This document shows, piece by piece, positions 52,207-64,000 of a DNA stretch of 64,000 nt. The notes under the pieces are model-generated. The model had not been told where the DNA came from and did no database searches. It worked only from the letters and a program-made list of their open reading frames with translations. This DNA comes from the human T2T-CHM13v2.0 reference genome, Homo sapiens. The position numbers and the translations under genes were made by a program. The stretch lies in the NCBI RefSeq assembly GCF_009914755.1, contig NC_060934.1; one strand, given 5' to 3'. The first letter of the stretch is position 1. Every line of letters starts with the position of its first letter.

Positions 52207-53369
52207 TAACCATATCTAGAAGTTTACATAAAAATTTAGAAAGAAATTTACCACATTTGAAATTTATGCAGGAGACTATATTTCTGAAGCATTTGAACAA
52301 ATTAATTAGCTTTGTTGTTCAACTCATTGGGCTAAAGAAGCCAAAAGCAATGGGTTTTAATGTAGTCGAAGCCAAATTATATTTATGAAAGAAATATTCT
52401 GTGTTATAACCACCAAATACAGCCCAATTCTGACTAGATGATGGAAGAACCTGTCCCATCAGAGGTCCAGCATGAGGTCCAGCAGAGGTCCACCAGAGGA
52501 GTTCAGCAATTTGCTGCTCTTAGGGCAGGGATCAATTCCTTAATATCTTAGGAAGACTAGGTATTGACAGTAATGGTGACAAAGCAATGAAAAGGAAAGG
52601 AAGAAGTGATAAGACATGGCAGCAAGCTGAAGTATGATGAGTAAAGAATAGGAATCAAAGTATGTGGAGTGTTAGAGAAAACCTGGATTTAGATCCAGAT
52701 TCTAGTCCTATCTCTGTCATTAATCTATTGCGTAACCCTGAGCATATCATCTACCTCTCTTTGAGTTTGCTTGTCAATAAAATGAAGAGACTTTGAAATC
52801 TGAGACTTCCTGGATAAGTACTAAATACAGATTATGTCACTGATGTCTGCCTCTATTTATTTCTCCCTTTTACCCTAATCTCTATAAGTCTACCTCAGTC
52901 ATCCTGATCCTATTCTACTTCTCTGATGTTGTTGTCAGATAGGTGTGATCATCCTCATCAGATCTTTTCTGTATTCTTAGAGACAGATAACTTTATCAAA
53001 GACCACAGATTTATTAGTATAGCATGTTAAAGTCTTCTAAAGAGTCTCATTGATGCTCTTTTCATCTCAGTACAATTTTTAAAACTGCTGAATGCAAGGT
53101 ACTGAGCTGTTGGAAGTGACTGACAGATGAATGTAACAGATTCATAGAGAAGGAAAAAGGAAGAAAAACTCATGCTCTTCCTATAGTATTGATATCAGTG
53201 TAAGAGCCAAGAGAAAGGTATAAAGTATCATGCAGATATTAAGGGAAAGAAAACATTCACTTTAGTAATCTTTCCTCATTTTCTAGTTTCCTCTTATGTA
53301 CTATGATTTAATACTGTAGTAAAGTTTTAATAAAATATGAGCTATATGTAATTAAGTGGGAGGTTGTGG

Positions 53370-53680
53370 GGCTAGGCACGAGGCTCACACGTGTAACCCC
53401 AGCACTTTGGGAGGCTGAGGCAGGCGGATCGCTTGATCTCAGGAGTTCGAGACCAGCCTGGACAACAAGGTGAAACCCCATCTCTACTAAAAACACAAAA
53501 ATTAGCTGGGCATAGTGGCACACACCTGTAGTCCCAGCTTCTTGGGAGGCTGAGGCAGGAGAATCGCTTGAATCCAGGAGGCAGAGGTTGCAGTTAGCCG
53601 AGATCATGCCACTGCACTGCAGCCTGGACATCGGAGCAAGACTTTGTCTTAGAAATAAATAAATAAATATAAAATAAAAT
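53370..53680 (+). mobile_element. Alu (AluS-like)
   Basis: TGGGA(G/A)GTTGTG on both flanks. Confidence 0.92.
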
Positions 53681-53830
53681 AAATGGGAAGTTGTGTATAT
53701 AAATTATAAATGCTACATTCAGAAAAGCTTTTGAAGGTTGTCAGACAGTTTCTTAAAGGAAGTTCACCAGTTCTTTATTGAACATTGAAGAAAACATACA
53801 GTTTAGACTGGCATTAAAACTGAAAGAAGT

Positions 53831-54150
53831 GGCCAGACGCAGTGGTAGACGCAGTGGTTCACGCCTGTAATCCCAGCACTTTGGGAGGTCAAGGTGGATG
53901 GATCACCTGAGGTCAGGAGTTTGAGATCAGGCTGGCCGACATGGTGAAACCCTGTCTCTACTAAAAATACAAAAATTAGCCAGGCATGGTGATGCGTGCC
54001 TGTAGTCCCAGCTACTTGGGAGGCTGAGGCAGGAGAATTGCTTGAAGCCGAAGGTGGAGGTTGCAGTGAGCCGAGATTGCGTCATTGCACTCCAGCCAGG
54101 GCGGTAAGAGTGAGGCTCCGTCTTAAAAAAAAAATAAGTAAATAAATTAA
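53831..54150 (+). mobile_element. Alu (AluSx-like) with 12-bp duplication at 5' end
   Basis: TSD ACTGAAAGAAGT; AGACGCAGTGGT twice. Confidence 0.92.
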
Positions 54151-55280
54151 AAACTACTGAAAGAAGTATTACAGGCAATGGGAAATAGCTTGAGTGGAAG
54201 TGCAGCAGAAGGAAAAAGCTGGACAAGAATGTAGTGTCAGAGAATAGGTATGGAACGTGTGAGTGACTGTTAGAGGATCTTGAATGGGGATAACAGACTT
54301 GATTTCATAAATACTGAGATGTCATGATAATACTTGAGGACTAAACCATGTTTTAAGGACAGTTGTATGCAAAGTTGTAATCGCAAGAGGAAAAAATAGT
54401 GGAAAAGAAACCAGTAATAAAACTTGCCTTAATGCAGGTATGCTAAGACAATCAAATGGGATTTCATTAATTTTTTATTTGCCATTTATAGCCAAAGATT
54501 TTGTAAAAGTTTTGAGCCCAGTCAGGTGAAATAGTCTCAGAAAGAAAGAAAAGTGAATCTGAGACTTGGAGACATTAATGTTGATATTTTGGTTTTAAAC
54601 GTGTTTTAAATCCGGTAAAAGTGAGCTTCTCACATGACAATATTCAGTGGGTACTTGGGAGTATGGGTTCGAATCTAGGTAGGAGATATATCGATATTTT
54701 GGGCATCATCAGGAAAGGGAGAGTAGTTAAGCCTTTCATATAAATAATGGTGTGGCGTTTGGGCATGGGAAGTCTTGGAGGAAAGGAAGAAAAGGAGAGG
54801 GTGAGGACTGAGATAAGAATGGCAACTTGGGTTTAGGAAGAAGAAGAGGAATCAATGTAGAGAACAGATAGTGCTGAAAAATACAGCATCTTCTGTAGGG
54901 ATTGGCAGCTTTTTCTTGATTTTTGTCTTAATATTTCTAAGAGATGGAAAAAGCTACTATATTCTAGACATTTAACAGGGTTAAAAATGTTACTAAAAGA
55001 TGATCAATGTGGTTTTCATTCAAGACTATAACAATATGTATATATCCAAGGAAATTTAATTCTGACTTAAAAAAATTGTTTTGCTTGTATAGATTTAGGG
55101 ACACAAGTGTAATTTTGTTACATGCATAGAGTGTATAGTTTCAAGTCAGGGCTTTTAGGTTGTCCATCATCTGAATAATATACATTGTACCCATTAAGTA
55201 ATTTCTCATCTTCTACTCACCGTTTCAAGTCTCCACTATTTATCATTCCATTCTTTACATTCTGATTTTCATTTACTAGG

Positions 55281-55687
55281 TGTATTAGTCTGTTTTTGCA
55301 TTGCTTTAAAGAAATACCTGAGACTGAGTATTAAACAGGTTTAACCTGTTTTCTTTATGAATTCTTCTTTAATTGGCTCATGGTTCTGCACGCTGTACAG
55401 AAAGCATAGCAGCATCTGCTTCTGGGGAGGCCTCAGGAAGCCTCCAATCATGGCTGAAGGCAAAAGGGGAGCATGGTGAGAATGGGAGCAAGAAAGAGAA
55501 GGAGTGGTGGGGAGAAGGTGCCACCCACTTTTAAATGCCAGCTCACTTACCACCAAGAGGATGGCCCAAGCCATTCATGTGGGATCTGCCCCCATGATTC
55601 AAGCTTCTTCCACCAGGCCCCACCTCTAGCACTGGGGATTACAATTCAACCTGAGATTTGGGAGGGAAAGATATCCAAACTATATCA
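55281..55687 (-). mobile_element. ERVL-MaLR solo LTR (MST-like)
   Basis: TGTATTAGTC...CCAAACTATATCA termini; perfect 5-bp TSD CTAGG at 55276-55280 and 55688-55692. Confidence 0.9.
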
Positions 55688-57727
55688 CTAGGTCTGGATC
55701 TTGTTATTTATTTTTTGGAACATAGTCATATATATCCAAGGATATATATTGTAGAAGTCCACAGAACCATACTAATATTGGACTTCTGCTTAGTTAGGTC
55801 TTATCTATCTGAAACATGATATTCATATTGCAGAGAAGATTATTTTCTTTAGTGATTGAGGAAATCTTTACTACTTATACATTTTTAATATAATACTATA
55901 ATATTTGAAGATGCACATTTTAGATGTAGTTTAATTGAAACCTGGAAATACTATTAATTTGCTTTTTAAAGTCCTAAAATCAGGATTATCAGATTCTGAA
56001 TTAATGGAGTTTAAATCAAAAAGATTACAAGGCAGTTTTTCAGTTTTATTCTGGTTAATTTTATCACAGCTTTGGAATCCTACTTTGTTTATTTGCTTCT
56101 TGAAGTTAGATTTCCCAGTGAAATTTCAGTATCACATAAAGTCTTATGAAATGGCTCATTGCACTTTGAACTTTGAGTCAAGGAAGTGAAATTTATTGAT
56201 AGATTGTTGGTGTAATATTTATCCTGTTTGTGGTAGCTTTTTTGAATAATAAGTGTCTTAGAAGACCATGTTGGAGTAGCCTGCATGCTTTTATCAAACA
56301 TATTAATTATGTGATGGCTGATACTGCTTTAGATATTACATAGAAATAGTAGTAGGTGTTTACTAAACTGGAAATTTCATTTAACTTGGTTTAGCTTTGC
56401 CTTGTTCTCAGTCACATTGATAAAAATGTAAGACTTTTGTTTATCTTTTAGAATAATGACACCTTTTGGTGCTGAGAATTTTTTGTTTTATATATATATA
56501 TATATATACGTAATATAAATACAAAATATATTTAAATATGTATAATATTTCTCATACACTTTATGTAACTTTGTGTTCCTGTTTCTCTATTATCTTGGCA
56601 TGTTTTCTTCAAATGGCACTTCTTAACCTCCTAAGGTTAATAAATTTCTTTGTAATGGACTTTTGTTTTCTAATTCCTCAGCGTATGACAAATGAATTAT
56701 ACTTTGTCAAATTATTTAGGTAACTTTCAGTTTTTGAAGTCCTGGGATCATAACATTCATCAGTCTTTAATTTCTGTCATTAAGGTCATTAGCTATAAAT
56801 GAATTTATGAGTAGATTTAAAAAATAAAACATACAATCCTTCCCTTAACACACTTTCCCACCATTTGGTTCAACTGCTAGTGTAAAAGCATGATGAATTT
56901 TGAGAAGTTATATTTTACCAGTTACTTTATTTTTTACCAGTTATTTAAAACAGACATGAGCCAAAGCCAGAATACTTGTTAATGAAAATGAGGTGTTTTG
57001 GAGGAAAGGAAGGTTGTGCTGCAGTTTTTACTTGAAATCTGTTACATTTCTTTACAGAAATTTCAAATCTCTTGTTTCCTGTTATGATGGTGGCATTATA
57101 TACCTTTAAAATGTGAGCTATAGGAAAATGAATGATGGTTAATTTTTTAATAAATATTTAGACTTGTGTTTTTGAAATTTTTTATAACATTGTTATAGGT
57201 TTTATCCTCTTTCTCTTGTGAACATGTAGTGATTTGTATTTTGTGATCTTTGCCGCATGCTAGAGACTTAAGAATACTATAGCAAATATCTGTCTTCTTT
57301 ACATTTAAAAATTTTTCGTGACTACTCCCTGTTGATATCTGTCTTAAAAGTTACTTTTGATGTAGTTCACAAATGTACCAGATAATTATTTCATCGTTTT
57401 TAATGCTTAAAGTTTTTATTTGTATTAGGATTTTTAGTATGATTTTAATGTTAAAGTTTTGAAGTTACTCTGCCACTAGAAGTCTAATTTTGGGACTTAC
57501 TATTCATGAAATAGGAATTGACTTTTATATAAGTAATAGGACCTTATTTTGAAGGTTCAAACTGGAGAAAATCTTACATTGTTTATATTTTTATTTCATT
57601 TATTTCAGTTGATTTGCTTGAGATCAAGATTGCAGATACAGAATCCATATTTCGTGTATATTGCTGATATTAATCATTAAAATCGTTTTTGACAGTTTGA
57701 CAGTTAAAGGCATTTCCTGTGAAATAA

Positions 57728-57967
<240 letters not shown>

Positions 57968-58269
57968 TAAAAGCTATATTTTATTTTATGACATGTAAGG
58001 AACTATAATTTGTTTTCTATTAGATCTGCAGGTGTTTTGCTTACTCTGGCATTGGTGAGACATTATAAGGGTAAATAATCCTGTTTGAAGGAAAAGGCCT
58101 TATGGCATTGTAACATGAGAGGAATTTTTCTTAACAAGGATGGTTAACTGAGAAGAAATTAGCATGGGACCAATATTTTAAAAATTTTGGTCTATAGGTA
58201 GAAATGAGATCTGTTCTGTGGTCTTATGTAGTGACACAAACCACTTTTTCTCCATTTTGGCTTATGTTT

Positions 58270-58517
58270 CTTTTTCTTTCCTTTTTTTTTTTTTTCCTTT
58301 TTGTTAGAGACAGGGTCTTGTTCTATTGCCCAGGCTGAGTAGCTAAGACTACAAGCATGTGCCACCACACCCAGCTAATTTTTTTTATTTTTATTTTTGT
58401 AGGGACAGGGTCTCACTATGTTGCCCAGGCTGGTCTCAAACTCCTGGGCACAAGCAGTCCTCACGCTTTGGCATCCCAAAGAGTTGGAATTACAGGTGTG
58501 CGCCATCATGCCTGGCC
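58270..58517 (-). mobile_element. Alu (AluJ-like, internally deleted)
   Basis: Reverse Alu missing part of the right arm. Confidence 0.85.
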
Positions 58518-58730
58518 TTAACGTTTCTTAAGACTTAGATTATTTTCTATTTAGCTTCTGTGGATTTACTGATTAATTTTTTAACTAGGAGAGAAATCAG
58601 TATGAAGAGGAAGTAATAAAGAATGAAAACATGGTATTTAAATGTGCAGGTTTAGAAAGTTAATGAAGTTTGAATTTGATTGATCTGTATTTAGAGAAGG
58701 CAACGTCTTATTATTTTAAAACCAACTATC

Positions 58731-59040
58731 CGCCCTGTGCGGTGGCTCACGCCTGTAATTCCAGCACTTTGGGAGGCTGAGGTGGGCAGATCAGCTGAGG
58801 TCAGGAGTTCGAGACCAGCCTGGCCAACATGGTTAAACCCCATCTCTACTAAAAATACAAAAAAATTAGCCGGGTGTGGTGGCAGGCGCCTGTTTTCCCA
58901 GCTACTCAGGAGGCTTGAGGCAGGATAATTGCTGAACCCGAGAGGCGGAGGTTGCAGTAAGCCAAGAATGCACCATTGTACTCCAGCCTGGGCAACAAGA
59001 GTGAAACTCCATCTCAAAAAAAAAGAAAAAAAAAACAACA
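58731..59040 (+). mobile_element. Alu (AluSq/Sp-like)
   Basis: CAACTATC on both flanks. Confidence 0.92.
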
Positions 59041-60794
59041 ACTATCTTCATTTAAAATATTAAATGTGAATATTTAAAGTGAGACTAAGGTGCAACATTT
59101 TTAGATAGTAATGAAGAAAAGGACTAACTTTGTAGTGTTGCTGCCTTGTTAAACATACTAGATAGCATATTGCCAATCTTTAAACATTCTCAATGATAGG
59201 ATTTATTTACTTTTTCTGATTTTTAGCTTTTCTTTTGAAAGAAAATAAGAGGAAGTTTCATTTACTGCAAAATTTTAAATGCTGCTTTGATGTATCAGTA
59301 GAGATATAATTTTCCTTTATCCAGAATCCAAGTAGCTGGAAAAAAAAATCAAAATATGCTGAACTTTTTTTTTTTTAGCCAGAAACCCATTTCCTATCGT
59401 CTGTACAAATAAAAGTTAAATATATCTCAATAACTTAGAAAAATTATTTTTTGATAATCCAGGAAGTATTAGCAACTGTTTTAAAATTAAGATAACTAGT
59501 AAGTTTTATTTAGCTTTCAAAAATAGGCATCTACATCATCATCTCTGCATACCTTTAGGAATTTCCTAATTCTTATTTCCCTTCATCTGTACTTTAACAC
59601 ATGCAAAATTGAAGGTTAGATTAAATATTTATGATTTATTTGTTTATCCTTGACTACATAAATTTCCATTTTATTGATTTTCCCTGCCTTATTTAAGAAT
59701 ATGCTATGATTAAAACACAAAAAATTTTAGTATAACCCATATATATATAGAATTCACCTTTTTGTTATTTAAATATTATTGGCTTATTTTCTTCTAAGTA
59801 AAATACAATTACTGGCTAAAATAATTGAAATAAGCAAAAAAAAAATTTTAAAGACCTTGTATACAAGATTACTTTGCCAGGTACTGTTAAAAGATGCAAT
59901 GACATTTAAGACGTAACATCCTTAAGGATCTTATTTTCTGGGGGATAAAAAACTTTAAGATAAATTAGAATAAAAGATTTAAATGGCATTTTAAGGTACC
60001 AGGTACCAGATAAGATGTCACAAGGCTGTATATCATTAATTGCCAAATGATTTATACAGGCCAGATTTCTTTGTTGGTCAATAGAGGTTTAAAGTGATGA
60101 ACTTCTGTTGTGTTTTTTTATTAAGAAGGTATTATCTTATTAGTAAGAAGTGATTTTTTTTAAGAACAAGCATTTTATAACATCAAAAGAAATCAGTAGT
60201 ACTCTTTCCTACCCCCTCATATTTATTCTGAAAGTATTCAAGCATTATATTGTCATGTAAGAAACTGGAGCTTCTCATGTTTGTATTGCTGTAGAAGTAA
60301 ACATGTATTTGCCATGCGTCATCAGGGAAGTTGCACTCACCGTCCAAGAACTTTTGTTAAAGTAAATCTTGGAATAGGTAGCTCATTTGAAATGTAGAAA
60401 AAATTAAATCCATATCTGAATTTTGTTTATATGTATGTACACGTAAACTAAAAACGTATTTAAAGCTAGTATTAGATGAGAAAAGAGGTTTTTTTACTTA
60501 AAATTTTAAGGCAAAAGTAGTTTATCTTAGATCTTGTGAGATTGTATTTTTGGTTTAAAATTTGAGAATTTGAGTGAAGAAAAATCATGTGAATGAAAAT
60601 GCAACAGATAACTCAGATTGCCTTATAATAGTCTTTGTGTTTACCTTTATTCAGAATATCAAATGATAGTTTATTTTGTTGACTTTTTGCAAATGTTTAA
60701 CATAGGTGACAGATTTTCTTTTTTAAAAAAATAAAACATCATTAATTAAATATGTCATTTCATTTCTTTTTCTTTTCTTTTTTTTTTTTTTTAG

Positions 60795-61025
<231 letters not shown>

Positions 61026-61177
61026 TAAATTAAACATTTTGTGGGGGTTGTTGACTTGTATGTATGTGATGTGTGTTTAATTCTAGGAGTACAGCTGATG
61101 AAGAACTTGCTTGACAAGTTTTTAACTTATGTATTATTTCGAAGCAGTGTTTACGTAGCAGTAACATGAAAGTTTCT

Positions 61178-61183
61178 AATAAA
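61178..61183 (+). terminator. Candidate intronic polyadenylation signal (AATAAA) in intron 8
   Basis: AATAAA 159 nt after exon 8, upstream TGTA motifs, downstream GT/T-rich tract near 61233. Confidence 0.55.
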
Positions 61184-62112
61184 ATACCCAATGTACACAG
61201 CGTCAAAAAAGCTGCATTTTTCCTTTTCCTAATTCTTTGTTGTTTGCTGAAATCTGGGGCAAAGGTGCGGGAGGGGGCTAAATGACTGGGATATGAAGTA
61301 GGAATGGGAGAGGAAAGAAATAGATGGGAACTCAGTCATTTGGGAATGATTCATATGGAATGTTTTTACTGCTTCCACTCCTGTCTGCCTTCCAATTTAT
61401 TCTCAATCCCTCAGAGTGATCTTAAAAATAGACTTGATTGTGTCACTTCTGTTTACACTTTATAAGGACCTTGTGTTTTTTTTTTTACCATGACCTACAA
61501 GGCCCAGCATAATTTAGCACAGGGCTACCTCCTACATCAGCACTAGTCACCTTCTCTCCTTGTTTCTTGAGATTCAGTCATACTGGTCTTTCTTCAGTTC
61601 TTCAAAATGCTAAGCTTCTGCCTCTTCTAGTCTTTCCAGTTATTTTCCTTCTCCCTGTACCTTTTCATCTCAGCCTTTTCCCCTGACCTTCCATAGCTAT
61701 CTTCATATTTCCAGCCTTAGCTTCAATCTCATATTCTCTGAAGTCCTTTGATTGTCCTCCCGTTATTCTTTTTTTAAAAATCCTATTTCCTTATATTGTA
61801 TCTTAGAATTATTTGGTTTGTTTCATTTTTGCCTATGTGTGATATATGTATTTCTACATAGGTATATATATCTACTTATAGACAAGAATTCTTCAGATTA
61901 AAAAAATCTGATTTGTAAACATTCCCAAGTGGTTGTTTACCATTTTTTTCTTCCCCCTTCCTATTTCTTATTCTACCTGATTTTCCCCTGTTCATTCACC
62001 ACACTCGTTTCTTTCTCTTTTTTACTCTCTCTTAATTTTTCATTCAATTTTTATAACATGTAATAAATCTAACTGTAGCGTCTGAGTATTAAGAATATTG
62101 CTAGTAATACTT

Positions 62113-62402
62113 CACCTGTAATCCCAGCACTTTGGGAGGCTAAGGCAGGCGGATCACTTGAGGCCCAGGAGTTTAAGACCAGCCGGCCAATATGGCGAAA
62201 CCCTATCTGCACTACAAATACAAAAATTAGCTGGGCATGGTGTCGCACACCTGTAATCCCAGCTACTTGGGAGGCTGAGGCACAAGAATTGCTTGAGCCT
62301 GTGAGATGGAGGTTGCAGTGAGCCGAGATCACACCAGTGCACGTGCACTTCAGCCTGGGCAACAGAGCAAGACTCTGTCTTAAAAAAAAAAAAAAAAAAA
62401 AA

Positions 62403-62403
<1 letters not shown>
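62113..62403 (+). mobile_element. Alu (slightly 5'-truncated)
   Basis: Alu dimer with A-tail. Confidence 0.92.

Positions 62404-62406
<3 letters not shown>

Positions 62407-62444
<38 letters not shown>
62407..62444. repeat. (AC)19 microsatellite
   Basis: Direct count. Confidence 0.95.
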
Positions 62445-62446
<2 letters not shown>

Positions 62447-62589
62447 TTACTACCAATATACATACATATATGTATGTATGTATGTATGTATATTGGTAGT
62501 AATAGTAATACTTGGGCCCCTGCACGTTTTAAGTGAAAATAGATCTAATATTAAATGTCTTTAGCCCTTAAATTTTTTTTAAGTGTTCA

Positions 62590-63015
62590 GAAGTTTCCCT
62601 TTAAAAAAATTTTTAATATATAATAATTGTACATATTTATGGGATACAGAGTGATATTTTCATGTATGCAGTGTGTGATGATCAAATCAGGATAATTAGC
62701 ATATGGATCACCTCAAACATTTGTCATTTCTTTGTGTTAGGAACATTCAAAATTCTGTCTTCTAGCTATTTGAAAATATACAGTAAATTATTGTTGACTA
62801 GTTACAGTTCTATAGAACACTATAATTTATTCCTCCTGTGTGTAATTTTTTATCTTTTAACCAACATCTCCCTATCCTCCCCTCCCACTCCCTTTCCCGG
62901 CCTCTAATAACCACACTCTTATGAGCTCAACTTTTTTAGCTTCCATATATGAGTGAGAACATACGGTATTTATCTTTCTGTACCTGACTTATTTTACTTA
63001 ACATCATGTCCTCCG
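62590..63015 (-). mobile_element. L1MA-type 3' end
   Basis: taataattgtacatatttatgggatacagagtgata...gagtgagaacatacggtatttatctttctg. Confidence 0.8.
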
Positions 63016-63829
63016 GGCTAGACATTCTCTTTAGAATCCACAGGTTTCCTTTCTTTTCTCTAAATCTGCATTTTGCTCAGCCATTAACTTTTAAAATGTC
63101 TTTTTCCCTTTAGTTTTATTGTTTTCTATTTTAATATTGCAAGATGTTTTATATTTGTGATTACAAATAAAAACTCCATTATTAGTAAACAAATACAATG
63201 TCATATAGTAGTAAGTGCTATAAAAAATAGACAGGATAGAAAGTAATCTTGGTTTGTATGTTTTTTGTTTTTTAGCAAAGATGATTAGAGAAGGCCCAAC
63301 CAAGCAGATAACATTTAAGCAGAGGCCTAAATCATATAAGTGAGTTATACAAATATCTGGGAAAAGAGTTAAGAGTACAGATGCAAAAGCCCTTAGACAA
63401 GAGAATGAGCTTGGTATATCTGAAGAGTGGATAAGTCATTTTGACTGAAACAGAGTGGACAAGAAAACCAGTCCAAGTGTAAAGACACTAGTGTGTGTTC
63501 AGCATAGGAAGGATGTAATCTGAATTTTGTGTTTAATATTCCCTGTGTTCATGCTTTCAAAATACAGATGAGTGAGGAAAGTAGGGAGAAGGGGTAATAA
63601 AGGAAGCTGAGAGATCAGTTAAGAGGTACTTGAATAGTTTAGTAAAGATGAGAGAAGATGTTTGCTTCTTGTTGCCCCTCACTGCTTAGAATAGTGGCAG
63701 TGAAGGGTAACAAGAAGCTGTCAGATTAACTTAAAGAGTTTACTGATGCAGTGGATGTTGGTTGTAAGAGAAGAATTGATAATGACTCTTGGATAATAGG
63801 GGAGGGAGGGGCTGTCAATATAATATAAT

Positions 63830-64000
63830 GAAGAAGGGATTTGAAGTCATTTCTGATTTAAATCTCACATCCACTACCTACTTTTAATAGATATGTAGCC
63901 TTTAACAAGTTCCCTAACCTTTCTGGGCCTTAGCTACCTCCCCTTGGAAATGGAAATACCTAACATGTAAGGTTGTTTTGACAGTTATTTTCACTAGGCA
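63830..64000 (+). mobile_element. MIR SINE
   Basis: caagttccctaacctttctgggccttag...aaatggaaatacctaac...ggttgtt. Confidence 0.65.

Overview
This is primate, almost certainly human, genomic DNA from the PTEN tumour-suppressor locus on the + strand. It runs from inside intron 2 to inside intron 8. Six coding exons (3-8, codons 55-342) have canonical AG/GT boundaries and an intact HCKAGKGR phosphatase P-loop and C2 domain. The introns hold a 5'-complete antisense L1PA element, older L1M elements, about 24 Alus, MaLR LTRs, Tigger/MER DNA transposons, MIR/L2 remnants and a full-length RPL11 processed pseudogene. Most ORF-track entries are repeat-derived artefacts. I found no new multi-gene system. 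The best leads are: (1) an L1 antisense-promoter/ORF0 cassette pointing in PTEN sense, with a donor in frame with exon 3; (2) an Alu orientation flip around an Alu-free block containing exons 3-5; (3) a 28-bp templated inverted insertion in an intron-5 Alu; (4) a locally duplicated MIR-derived module upstream of exon 5; (5) an atypical exon-7 acceptor with a competing upstream acceptor. Repeat subfamily names are from recognition by eye and need RepeatMasker/Dfam confirmation.
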